The notes beneath the pieces are model-generated. The model was given only the letters and a program-made list of their open reading frames with translations. It ran no database searches and was not told the origin of the DNA. 64,000 nucleotides of DNA from an uncultured Treponema sp. (GTDB taxonomy: Bacteria; Spirochaetota; Spirochaetia; Treponematales; Treponemataceae): assembly GCA_900317625.1 (NCBI GenBank), contig ONHK01000010.1, positions 6,039 through 70,038 on the forward strand. The letters run 5' to 3'. Numbering within the stretch: the first letter of the stretch is position 1; each line of letters starts with the position of its first letter. Below, piece by piece: positions 49,393-58,725 of this stretch. Both the position numbers and the translations under genes were made by a program.

Positions 49393-51762
49393 ATGAAATC
49401 AGGAATTAAAACTGCTGTAAGTCTGGTGATTGCCGTTTTTATTTTTGGCGCAATTGCGGTTGCTTCTTCACTGGGGCTTTTTGCTTCTGTGGAGCGACAA
49501 TTTTATGAACCGGCACGTTTAAAAGTTATAAACGAAAAACTGGATTCAGTTGCGGGCTACAGCAATGAGTACATTCAGAATCTTCTCGATTTGTTTGGCG
49601 CTGAAAAAGATGGTTTTTTGAGCCACGAAAGTGTACTTTCTTTTGCGGGTCAAAATCCTTCTGCGGAAGCGTTGCGCCTTTTTGAATCCCTAAAAGCAAA
49701 TTGTCCTGGTTTGGAAGGTTTTAGGATTGTTGATTCTGCTGGAAAACGCGTTTTTTACAGTTCATTCCGCAATGATTACGTTGTTCAGACTGAAAAAGGT
49801 GTTCAACGCCGCATTTATTCAAATTATGGAAATCTTCAGACGACGCACGGAAAAAACGAGCTTGAATATCAGACTGTTTCCGCTTTTGAAAATGCCGAAA
49901 ATCTTTCTGTTGAAAGCGAGTCTGATGAAAATTTTCAGGATTCTCCGCGGATTATTTTTGACGGCGACGACCAACGCCTTATTTTTTCTTATAAAATCCG
50001 GACTTTGGATGAAAAATCTGTTTTTTGCAGTGCGATTTTTTATGTGAATCCAGTTGATTTTGCAAATCTTCTTATTGAAAATCACGTTGTTTCTGTAAAC
50101 GAGCCGATTTCTCTTGTTTCTTCTTCGGACGGAAAAACCGGCGGATTTGTGTTCGGGCTTCCAAATGTGGGAAAAAATATTTTTGCTTCCGAAATATTAA
50201 AAAAATGGAATCAAGATGTTTTTGGTCCTGATGAAATAATCGCCTCAAATTCTGCAAAAGTTGAAGGAATTTCTGTGCCTGATTCAGAAAATTCCAGCGC
50301 AGAAAAATCTGATTCTGAAAATTCAGCGTTAAAGGAAGCCGAAAAAAATGTTTCGTGGAGTTTGATTTCCAGCCGGAATGCAAAATTCCTTCATGTTGGC
50401 GGAATTTTTTCCAGCGAAATGCTGAAAATGCCGCAATATGTTCGGATTCTTTTGCTTCTTTGCGCATTTGTAACGGTTTGTCTTATTGTTGTGATATTTT
50501 TTAATATCCGAAAAGACGATTCTGTTGTTATAAAATCAAAAATCCGTGCGATTCAGATTGGGCTTTTGAACGAATATTTTGAAAAAGATGTTGACCGCAA
50601 AAAAGTTGCCGCAATGATTACCGCCCAAAAAGACGCTTTGACCGCAAAAATAAAGAAATCTCTTGGTCGCCGTGGCAAAAAATATGGAAGCGACCTGGAT
50701 GTTATTTTGAACAAAAGCTGGGAAGACATCATCAATATTCTTTCTGGAAACGAAAAATCTCCTTGTTTGGCTGACATTTCTTCCGCAAGCATGAAAGAAA
50801 TCCGGAAAATTTTCGAGGAAGTTCTTGCGACAAATACATTGAAGGTTGAAAATTTAGACAGCTCAAAAAATCTTTCTGCCAAAAATGTTAAGGAAGTCAC
50901 TCCGGTTGAACAACTTGAACAAATCGAGGAAATCGCTCCTGTTGAAGAAATTCCAGAGGCAGTGCCAGTTGAAGAGATTGAACCGCTGGAAGAAGTCGAG
51001 GAGCTGCAAGATGCAGAGCCAATTGATGACGCTGAGTCCTTGGAAGAAGTTGACGATATTGAACCGGTTGAAGAAATTCCAGAAGCAGAACCGATTGACG
51101 ATGTTGAAGAACTGGAAGATGTTGAGGAACTGCAGGATGCCGAGCCTGTAGAAGATGTGGAGCCGCTTGAGGAAATCCCGGAAACAGAGCCAGTTGAAGA
51201 ACCTGAAGAAATCGAGCTGCTGGAAGAGATTCCAGAGGCTGAACCTGCCGAAGATTCAGAGGAAATCGAAGAACTTGAGCCATTTGAAATCAAGGGATAC
51301 GAGCAAAAAATCAGCACAAAAGACAATAGCGTGACATTTGTTCCAGATGAAAACTGCGACAGGAAAAAATTTGAAGGTTCAGAACAACTTGTTATAAGCG
51401 ACAAGACAAAATCTGCGGAAAAAAGTTCAGACGAAGATTTTGGAAAAGATTTTGTTATCTATAATCCGTTTGATTTTGCTAAAGAAAATCTTGAAAATTC
51501 CGATTCTGAAAGTAGTGTTGCTAATTCAGAAGAAAATTCTGTGCCGCAGGAAGAAGCTGCGCCTTTGGAAGAACTTTCTTCAGAAAAGGATGGTTTTATG
51601 TTCACTACTTTTGCAGAAAATGATAACAATGTAACAGAATTGCCTTTGGACGCAATCGTTCTTGGCGAAGATGGCGTTTTCCATATTTCCGCGGATGTTT
51701 CAAAAATTGAAATGCCGATTGATGAAGACTTTAAGAAACTTGTAGATTCAGTAATTCACTAA
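49393..51762 (+). CDS. Two-TM membrane protein with a long acidic repeat tail
   Basis: TM, extracytoplasmic domain, TM, then E/D/P-rich repeats. Confidence 0.85.
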   Translation: MKSGIKTAVSLVIAVFIFGAIAVASSLGLFASVERQFYEPARLKVINEKLDSVAGYSNEYIQNLLDLFGAEKDGFLSHESVLSFAGQNPSAEALRLFESLKANCPGLEGFRIVDSAGKRVFYSSFRNDYVVQTEKGVQRRIYSNYGNLQTTHGKNELEYQTVSAFENAENLSVESESDENFQDSPRIIFDGDDQRLIFSYKIRTLDEKSVFCSAIFYVNPVDFANLLIENHVVSVNEPISLVSSSDGKTGGFVFGLPNVGKNIFASEILKKWNQDVFGPDEIIASNSAKVEGISVPDSENSSAEKSDSENSALKEAEKNVSWSLISSRNAKFLHVGGIFSSEMLKMPQYVRILLLLCAFVTVCLIVVIFFNIRKDDSVVIKSKIRAIQIGLLNEYFEKDVDRKKVAAMITAQKDALTAKIKKSLGRRGKKYGSDLDVILNKSWEDIINILSGNEKSPCLADISSASMKEIRKIFEEVLATNTLKVENLDSSKNLSAKNVKEVTPVEQLEQIEEIAPVEEIPEAVPVEEIEPLEEVEELQDAEPIDDAESLEEVDDIEPVEEIPEAEPIDDVEELEDVEELQDAEPVEDVEPLEEIPETEPVEEPEEIELLEEIPEAEPAEDSEEIEELEPFEIKGYEQKISTKDNSVTFVPDENCDRKKFEGSEQLVISDKTKSAEKSSDEDFGKDFVIYNPFDFAKENLENSDSESSVANSEENSVPQEEAAPLEELSSEKDGFMFTTFAENDNNVTELPLDAIVLGEDGVFHISADVSKIEMPIDEDFKKLVDSVIH
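50900..51285 (+). repeat. Intragenic acidic repeats with a 126-bp (42-aa) higher-order period
   Basis: gttgaagaaattccaga at 50941 and 51067; LQDAEP codons recur 126 bp apart. Confidence 0.75.
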
Positions 51763-51773
51763 AATCAGGCAGA

Positions 51774-53315
51774 TTAATCGTTGTGAACAATGCAGCTTTT
51801 TATAAGAGAAGCAAAAAGATAGATTTTCTTATAAATTGCAATGCAGAATTCTCTTAACGGAATGTCTATGTAGTGCTCAAGTTCCTTGCAGTTTGAAATA
51901 AGCGTTGGTTTCGGCTTCTGCAAGTCTTCAACAAGAGATTTTATTATTTTTCCGATTGTTATTAAATCCCTGGAGCTTTCCATTACAAATTCATAGGCGC
52001 TTTCGTTTGCCTCTGTAATAAGACGGTTCACAATATTTTTTGAACTTGAGTCGCGTTCCGTTTTTGGAAGAAGCGTCTTGATTTTTATTCCAATCATTGC
52101 ATCATCCGCAAGTCCGTTGTCAAAATCAATAAGTTTATCAGAAACCGCAAGCAGATTGTTGTAGCAGTCAGAAATTTGAGTTGTAAGCGTTGTTGAATCC
52201 CAAGTTCCGCGGACAACCACAACATCGTAAAATTCCCGCAAATCTTTTTTCACAACTTCAATCAAAAATGTCTTAAGGTAAGAAAGTGCCTGACAATTGT
52301 CGAACTGGTTCAGTTTTTTCTGCTCAAAAATTGTATTTTTTGAATAAACATAGTTGTTCAGCTGTATTATCTCTGTTTCGCCAAAAAGCTGCGAGGCAAA
52401 ATTATTTTCTGTGGCTGAACGTTCCTTTTCTATCAATGAGTATACTGTGTTCTCAACGTCATTCTTCAATTTGTCAAGATATGGTTCTACAATGTTTGCT
52501 TTTAAACTCTGTATATTCGGAACATAATTCGGGTCAGAAGAAGAAAGTTTTATAATCATTTCAAAAGTCTGGGCATTCTTTAAAGCCAAAAGCCGCGAAA
52601 TGATTTTTTTCCAAAGTCCAAGAGAAATCGGTTCCTGGCCACCTTTAAAAGCCTTTAAAAGTTTTATCGCGTTCGTCCAGTCGGAATCAAAAGGAATATC
52701 CCAGATTGATTCAATGTAGTCTTTTAGGTCATCAACAACATATTCCGCATTGACGTGCTCAAAATGAGGCATTGTGGAAAAACTGTTCTCGCGGATTTGC
52801 TTGTCGAATTTTTTCAGGAAAAAATAATAGTCAAATGTTGAAATTGCCTTGAAAACAAGAATCTGGCGGTACAATCCGTCGATTGCGCTGATTTTTTCAA
52901 CAGTAAAAAAATCGTTGATTTTGGAAAGTTTTTCTTCAACCTGAGCCTTTAAATGGTTAAGCGGAATTTTTTTGCTCATTCCGACAATAACTTGCTCGTT
53001 CAGGTTGTCTTCCAGTGCGCGGATTTCTTCCGGCATTGCAAAGTTTATAACAAGATGTTTAAGTGTGTTCTGGTTTTGGATTGAATTGAACAAATTTTGA
53101 AGCGGCGCGACAGATTTGTAAATTTCAAAAAAAAGTTTTCCCATTGCAGGAAGAATTTCGTTTCCGTTATATTTGTAAAATTTGTTGAACCGACTCTTGG
53201 AAAGTTTTTTTGCGATTGCGCGCAGCTGGCGTTTTTTTTCAGCTTCAGAATCGTTTCCGCCAAATAAGGCTGCCAGGATATTCGCAAAAAATCCAGATTT
53301 TTCTTTTTTTTCCAT
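51774..53315 (-). CDS. Conserved spirochaete hypothetical protein (DUF5312-like)
   Basis: 513-aa helical ORF; family recalled, not verified. Confidence 0.7.
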   Translation of the reverse strand: MEKKEKSGFFANILAALFGGNDSEAEKKRQLRAIAKKLSKSRFNKFYKYNGNEILPAMGKLFFEIYKSVAPLQNLFNSIQNQNTLKHLVINFAMPEEIRALEDNLNEQVIVGMSKKIPLNHLKAQVEEKLSKINDFFTVEKISAIDGLYRQILVFKAISTFDYYFFLKKFDKQIRENSFSTMPHFEHVNAEYVVDDLKDYIESIWDIPFDSDWTNAIKLLKAFKGGQEPISLGLWKKIISRLLALKNAQTFEMIIKLSSSDPNYVPNIQSLKANIVEPYLDKLKNDVENTVYSLIEKERSATENNFASQLFGETEIIQLNNYVYSKNTIFEQKKLNQFDNCQALSYLKTFLIEVVKKDLREFYDVVVVRGTWDSTTLTTQISDCYNNLLAVSDKLIDFDNGLADDAMIGIKIKTLLPKTERDSSSKNIVNRLITEANESAYEFVMESSRDLITIGKIIKSLVEDLQKPKPTLISNCKELEHYIDIPLREFCIAIYKKIYLFASLIKSCIVHND

Positions 53316-53402
53316 AACGTTATTTTTAAATGATTTTGGGAGAGTGTCAAGAACATAGAATTTTTATCAAAAATCGAGTATATTTATAAAGATTTATAGT
53401 AT

Positions 53403-53593
53403 GAAGTTTGAGTTTTGCTGAAGAATAAATAAAAGCGTAGTCAGAGTTTTAATTTGAGAAGACTTTTGGCGATTGAGCTAATAAAAGTGCGGAGCACCCA
53501 AAACAATACAAGCGAAGCGCGAGCCAAATCCGTCTGAACAAATTGAAAATCTGACGAGAGCGGTTTTTCAGAATTTATAAAAACTCAAACTTC
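53403..53593 (+). repeat. Long-hairpin repeat, family 1 (copy C, inverted relative to A and B)
   Basis: Terminal IR gaagtttgagtttt / aaaactcaaacttc; core aaagtgcggagcacccaaa. Confidence 0.85.
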
Positions 53594-53629
53594 CTGCTGA
53601 TTCATATAGGAGATTCCGAGAGGTATTTT

Positions 53630-54673
53630 ATGAAAAAATCAGTTTTTGTGCTTGCAACAACTTTTTTTACTGCGGCTTTATTTGCTTATAATCCACCGGC
53701 TGGCGGACAAAGCATTTTTAATATTTCAAGTCCAACTCAGCTTACGTCTGCATCTTCGGCGGCGGGAGGTGGAATTTTTTATCCTGGACCAGATTCTGTG
53801 GCGTTCAATCCGGCTCTTTCTAGCTTTGAGGAACGTGTTCAGCTTGACGCGGATTTTTCTGTTCTTGCAAACAAGGGGGACGGTGATTCCGGGGCGGCTT
53901 TTCAGACTGGAATTTTAATCCCGATGAAAATGTTCAACTTCAGCGGACTTTTTAGCGGCGTTTTTCTTGGCGCGGATGATATGGATGTTGAAAAATCCCT
54001 GAACATAAAAGCTGGTTTTTCAAAGGAAATCACAGAACGTCTTAGCGTCGGTTTGAATTTGGATTCTGGATACTTGTGGGGAAACGGCTCGGACTGGTCT
54101 TTAGGCGCTGGAATTGGTGCACTTTATAGAAGAGAATCTCTTGGTGCATTAAAAGATTTTAGAATCGGAGCTTCGCTTTTAAATCTGGGAAAATACTATA
54201 AAGCAGGAAAAATACTTGGAATCGATGAGTCAAAAGATGCCTCGGTTTTTCCGAATTTTGTAACGCTAAAAACAGGCGTAGGCACGAATTTTATAAAAAA
54301 TGACTTGCTTGTGTTTGGCGGTTCTTTTGATATTACAACGCAGTGCTTTCAGAATGTCGTGTTTGACTTGGGGCTTCAGGTTGGCATAAAAAATCTGATT
54401 TTTGTAAATCTTGCGGAACGAATTGATGTTTCTGAATGTGCTTATGGCAGCCCGGATTTGCTTCCGGCAATCGGAGTTAGCGTTAAATTCAATTTGAACG
54501 CAAAGAATAATTCATATTTGACTGCCCACAACTGGGAAAAAAGTGAACTTCTTGCTTCTGCGGCTTGGCAGCAAAAATATGAAAACATAGAAGTTGTTTC
54601 GGCTGGCTTAAGAATAAAGCTTGGTCAAAAAGATGTTGAACCACCTGTAATTAAAATTTGGGATGAAGAATAA
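53630..54673 (+). CDS. Outer-membrane beta-barrel (FadL/PorV-like)
   Basis: Signal peptide, GG..SVAFNPAL plug-like motif, GASLLNLG strands. Confidence 0.65.
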   Translation: MKKSVFVLATTFFTAALFAYNPPAGGQSIFNISSPTQLTSASSAAGGGIFYPGPDSVAFNPALSSFEERVQLDADFSVLANKGDGDSGAAFQTGILIPMKMFNFSGLFSGVFLGADDMDVEKSLNIKAGFSKEITERLSVGLNLDSGYLWGNGSDWSLGAGIGALYRRESLGALKDFRIGASLLNLGKYYKAGKILGIDESKDASVFPNFVTLKTGVGTNFIKNDLLVFGGSFDITTQCFQNVVFDLGLQVGIKNLIFVNLAERIDVSECAYGSPDLLPAIGVSVKFNLNAKNNSYLTAHNWEKSELLASAAWQQKYENIEVVSAGLRIKLGQKDVEPPVIKIWDEE

Positions 54674-54696
54674 CCGGAATCTGAATGGAGAATAAA

Positions 54697-57600
54697 ATGA
54701 AAAGAAATTTTGTTGTAAAAATAGCAGCGTTTTGTCTGATTTCTGCTTCAGCCTTGATTTACGCTGAGTCTGGCAAAAAATACATTTCACCGAACAATGA
54801 CGGAGTTCAGGACAATCTTACAATTCCTCTGAAAATTTCAGATAAGCATCTTATAAAAGCGTGGAGTCTTGTTGTAGAAGATTCAAACGGAAAAGTTGTG
54901 CGTACAATAGGAAACAAAGTTGCTCTTCCTGAAAAAGTGAATGCAAAATCTTTTTTTAAGCAGCTTGTGACTCCAAAAAAAGGCGTTGATGTTCCTGCGG
55001 CGGTTACTTGGAACGGAGCAATGGATAATGGTGAAACCGCTCCAGACGGAACTTATTATTACTATTTTACAGCGACAGATGACAACGGAAATATTGGAAA
55101 AACTGGAAAATATGCGGTTGTTGTTGATACAAAAGCTCCAGAAATTGCTCTTTCGCAGCCGACCGACAAGATTTTTGGTGAAGGCGCAAAATCAGATTTT
55201 TCAATAAAACAGTCAGGTTCAAAAGAATCAAAATGGACAGGAATTTTCAAGAATGCGCAGGGGCAGATTGTTAGAACTTTGACTTGGGAAAACAACAGCC
55301 CCGAATCTTTTAAATGGAGCGGAACTGATGATGTTGGAAAAAATGTTCCGGACGGTGTTTATTCCTATGAAGTAACTTCTACAGACGAGGCCGGAAATAC
55401 TTCTGAAAGTGCGGCAATCACAAACATTATCTATTCAGCGGAAAAACCTGCCACAAATATTTTTATTGCCGGCAGCCGATATTTTTCACCGGAAACAGAT
55501 TCGGAACTTTCCAGCATAAAATTTGAAGTTTCAATTCCTGTTCCGGCAGCTACAAGCGGAAATAAACTTACTCAATGGTCAGTTTCGATTGTTGATTCAA
55601 CAGGAACTGTTCGCCGCTCTTATGACAGCTCAAAAAGTGAAGTTCCACCTTCAGAAATTATTTTTGACGGAAAAGAGGACAGCGGAAAAATTCTTCCGAA
55701 TGGAAAATATCAGGCTTTTGTAAGAGCTTCTTATTTAAATGGATTTGAAGCCGCTCTTTTAAAATCCCCGGAATTTGTTCTGGACACAACAAAACCTTCA
55801 GCCCAGCTCGGAATTTCTTCTTCAATTTTTGGTGGTGCAGACAAGCCTAATGTAAAAATCTCTATGCTTGATGACAATGCCGGAAAATACGCTGCGATTC
55901 CTGCCTGGTACGGACGGATTTTTAATGCGGAAACTGGAGCTACAGTCCGCGAGTACAATTTTGGTCAGTATCTTCCAGACAATATTTTATGGAACGGTTT
56001 TGACTCAAACGGAAAACTTGCCTCTGATGCAAAATATAAATTTGAACTTTCGGCAACGGATTTTGCAGGAAATAAAGGCGTTGTTGTTGCAAAAGACACA
56101 TTCACTTTGGACACAAAAAAAGCGACATTGCTTCTTTCTTTGAGCGATCCTGCGTTTAGCCCGAATAATGATAAGGTAAAGGATTCAATTCAGTTTTTGC
56201 CTGTATTAAAGGATGCTTCTGGAGTTGAGTCTTATGACCTTGTAATTAGAAACGCAAAAAATCCATCGGTAAGAACAATTCATGGAACAAAATCTTTGCC
56301 GGCGTCAATTTCCTGGGATGGAAAAGATTCTTCTGGAATTATCAGCGCGGACGGCAATTATTTTGCGACTTTGGTTGTGACGACAACAAATGGAAACGTT
56401 ATTTCTGTTGATTCTTCAAATTTTGTGCTTGATACAGTTGCTCCTTCCCTTGCGGCAAGTGCACCTTGGTCAGCATTCAGCCCGGATGGAGACGGAATTC
56501 AGGACACAATTCCTATAACAATAACAGGTTGCAGCCAGGAAAATCTTTGGACGGCGGAAATTAAAGATTCAAAGAACAAGGTTGTAAAACGCTATACCTG
56601 GAAGGGAAAAATCAAGACAGGCGCAAAAGATTTCTTTGAGTGGGATGGCTCGGATGAATCAGGAAACAAGGTTGCGGACGGAATTTATTCAATTGTGATT
56701 TCTTCTACGGATGAGGCAGGAAACGCGTTCAGCACAACAATGTCTGGATTTACTTTGGATGCGCGCGAAACAAAGATTTATGTTACGGCAGAAAATGAAG
56801 GAATTTCCCCGAACGGCGACAAAATTCTGGACACACAAAAATTCAACATAAAAGCTAGTGTTCCAGATGGAATTTTGACATGGAAATTTGACATTCGCAG
56901 TGAAAATGGAACTTCTGTACGCTCGTGGTCAGACAAAGACAGCGCAAATCTTCCGGCCACAATTATTTGGGATGGACTTGATAACGACGGTAAAGTTGCG
57001 GAAGGAACTTTCACTGGAACTTTGAGCGTAACTTACAAAAAAGGAAACAAAGTTGATTCAGTTTCTTCTCCATTTATTTGTACAGCGATTCCGCCGGTTC
57101 TTAGTGTAAAAACAGCACCAGAATATTTTAGCCCGGACAACGATGGAACAGATGATGATTTGTTCATCAAGCTTAGCGGAACTTCAAAAGCGATGATAAA
57201 AAACTGGTCATTTGAAATTGATGACCCGAACGGAAAAGTTTTCTGGCAGATAAAAGGAAATTCTTCTATTACAGAACGGATTGTCTGGGACGGTTTAAGC
57301 AATACACAGAAAAATGCAAAAGGTTATGCTGAGCGTGTTCAGTCTGCAATGGATTATCCGTATACATTCACGGTTTCTGATAATCTTGGAATGACAAGCA
57401 GTGTTAATGGAATAATTTCAATTGACGTTCTTGTTATCCGCGATGGAGATGTTCTGAAAATGGCAGTTCCTTCTATTATATTCCGTTCTGACAACGCAGA
57501 CTTTAAGACTTCAAAAGAAGTTCAACACGGTCTTGACCCGGCGATTGCAGCAAACAATGAACGAGTTTTAAAACGAATTGCGGAAATTCTGAACAAATTC

Positions 57601-57873
57601 AAGGACTATAAAGTTACAGTTGTTGGTCATGCGAACCGCCTTACAGATTTGGAGGCAGAGGAAACAGAAGATAATATGCGTCAGTGGGGACCTGCATTGA
57701 TTCCTCTTTCCGCAAAACGTGCCGAATTTGTAAAAGATTACCTTGTTAAAAAAGGAATAAACGCAAACAGACTTTCCACAGTCGGAAAAGGCGGAACAGA
57801 ACTTGTTGTTGACTACAAAGACAAAGACAACAACTGGAAAAACAGACGTGTAGAATTTATTCTGGAGAAATAG
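54697..57873 (+). CDS. Secreted protein with about 8 FlgD-Ig/(F)SPNGDG repeats and a C-terminal OmpA domain
   Basis: Repeated SP(N/D)xD and W(D/N)G motifs; VVGHAN, LSAKRA, NRRVEF. Confidence 0.88.
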   Translation: MKRNFVVKIAAFCLISASALIYAESGKKYISPNNDGVQDNLTIPLKISDKHLIKAWSLVVEDSNGKVVRTIGNKVALPEKVNAKSFFKQLVTPKKGVDVPAAVTWNGAMDNGETAPDGTYYYYFTATDDNGNIGKTGKYAVVVDTKAPEIALSQPTDKIFGEGAKSDFSIKQSGSKESKWTGIFKNAQGQIVRTLTWENNSPESFKWSGTDDVGKNVPDGVYSYEVTSTDEAGNTSESAAITNIIYSAEKPATNIFIAGSRYFSPETDSELSSIKFEVSIPVPAATSGNKLTQWSVSIVDSTGTVRRSYDSSKSEVPPSEIIFDGKEDSGKILPNGKYQAFVRASYLNGFEAALLKSPEFVLDTTKPSAQLGISSSIFGGADKPNVKISMLDDNAGKYAAIPAWYGRIFNAETGATVREYNFGQYLPDNILWNGFDSNGKLASDAKYKFELSATDFAGNKGVVVAKDTFTLDTKKATLLLSLSDPAFSPNNDKVKDSIQFLPVLKDASGVESYDLVIRNAKNPSVRTIHGTKSLPASISWDGKDSSGIISADGNYFATLVVTTTNGNVISVDSSNFVLDTVAPSLAASAPWSAFSPDGDGIQDTIPITITGCSQENLWTAEIKDSKNKVVKRYTWKGKIKTGAKDFFEWDGSDESGNKVADGIYSIVISSTDEAGNAFSTTMSGFTLDARETKIYVTAENEGISPNGDKILDTQKFNIKASVPDGILTWKFDIRSENGTSVRSWSDKDSANLPATIIWDGLDNDGKVAEGTFTGTLSVTYKKGNKVDSVSSPFICTAIPPVLSVKTAPEYFSPDNDGTDDDLFIKLSGTSKAMIKNWSFEIDDPNGKVFWQIKGNSSITERIVWDGLSNTQKNAKGYAERVQSAMDYPYTFTVSDNLGMTSSVNGIISIDVLVIRDGDVLKMAVPSIIFRSDNADFKTSKEVQHGLDPAIAANNERVLKRIAEILNKFKDYKVTVVGHANRLTDLEAEETEDNMRQWGPALIPLSAKRAEFVKDYLVKKGINANRLSTVGKGGTELVVDYKDKDNNWKNRRVEFILEK

Positions 57874-57897
57874 AAGGGAAACTTTTCAAAATTCTAG

Positions 57898-57948
57898 AAA
57901 ATGCCTAGACTAAAGCTATTTATAGATTTGGTTTAGGCATTTTTTTTC
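57898..57948 (+). terminator. Intrinsic terminator
   Basis: aaaatgcctagactaaa / tttggtttaggcatttt followed by a T run. Confidence 0.7.
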
Positions 57949-57955
57949 TTGAAGA

Positions 57956-58033
57956 TACAAGTTTTATGGCACTTTTTCAACCGAAATTTACAAGTTTTAT
58001 AATGATTTTATGGTGTTCAAATACAAGTTTTAT
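57956..58033 (+). repeat. Three TACAAGTTTTAT direct repeats at an exact 33-bp period
   Basis: Copies at 57956, 57989 and 58022. Confidence 0.8.
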
Positions 58034-58076
58034 GATTTTATTGGTGCTGGTTGAAAAAGCATATTTCTTGTTAAAT

Positions 58077-58106
58077 AAAAAAGACTTCTGAAAAATCAGA
58101 AGTCTT
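58077..58106 (-). terminator. Terminator downstream of the tRNA remnant
   Basis: aagacttctga / tcagaagtctt stem with a T run on the minus strand. Confidence 0.7.
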
Positions 58107-58109
58107 CGA

Positions 58110-58153
58110 CGGCTGCTGCAGGTTTTGAACCTGCGACACATGGATTAACAGTC
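58110..58153 (-). pseudogene. 3' half of tRNA-Asn(GTT), att-site remnant
   Basis: Minus strand GA-CTGTTAA-TCCAT-GTGTC-GCAGG-TTCAAAA-CCTGC-AGCAGCC-G; no D arm or 5' acceptor strand. Confidence 0.8.
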
Positions 58154-58341
58154 AGCCGAATTTCTATCTCAGAGTAATTCAAAACTTCTTGATGTCAGAA
58201 CTTATATTTCTATTTTACAGTAGTATAACAATTTATGCAATTGATTTATTTTGAGTTACTTTGAGTAGTTTATATTTTATGTAGGTCTTTGTGTAGGTCT
58301 CATGTTATGTTGTTATTACAGACATAAGATGCATTTTTACT

Positions 58342-58725
58342 TTATTCAGTAATCTCAATAAAGTTTTCTTCAAGTCCAACAATACAGCTCTCGTAATATC
58401 CGTCTCCAGTTGTTCGCGGTCCACTAGAAACGGAATATCCAGCTTCATCAAGTTTTGCAGTAAGTTCATCAACTGCAGTTTTACTTCCAACACTAAATGC
58501 AATATGTGCGTAACCAGTGCGGAATGGATGCTTCGTCTGTTCAACAAGTTCTGGGCGCGTCATAAGCTCAAGTCGTGAACCGTCATCAAAAGAAATGAAG
58601 TAAGATCTAAAATCTGTTTTTGGATTGTGGTAGCCGTCATTGGCTTTTCCGTTCAGGTAGGTTGTAAAAAAATCTTTTGCTTTTTCCAGGTCTTTTACAT
58701 AAAGTGCAACGTGCTCAATTTTCAT
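58342..58725 (-). CDS. VOC/glyoxalase family protein
   Basis: IEHVALYV.DLE, RLELM, GYAHIAFSVG, GDGYYE, IEIT. Confidence 0.9.
   Translation of the reverse strand: MKIEHVALYVKDLEKAKDFFTTYLNGKANDGYHNPKTDFRSYFISFDDGSRLELMTRPELVEQTKHPFRTGYAHIAFSVGSKTAVDELTAKLDEAGYSVSSGPRTTGDGYYESCIVGLEENFIEITE

Noticed and set aside
50553-51404. 283-aa Ser-rich minus-strand ORF
   Set aside because: Antisense shadow of the Glu-rich repeats
57956-58033. Mini CRISPR array
   Set aside because: Repeat is only 12 bp, the intervening sequences resemble each other, and there are no cas genes
58110-58185. Intact tRNA-Asn
   Set aside because: No D arm and no 5' strand complementary to AGCAGCC
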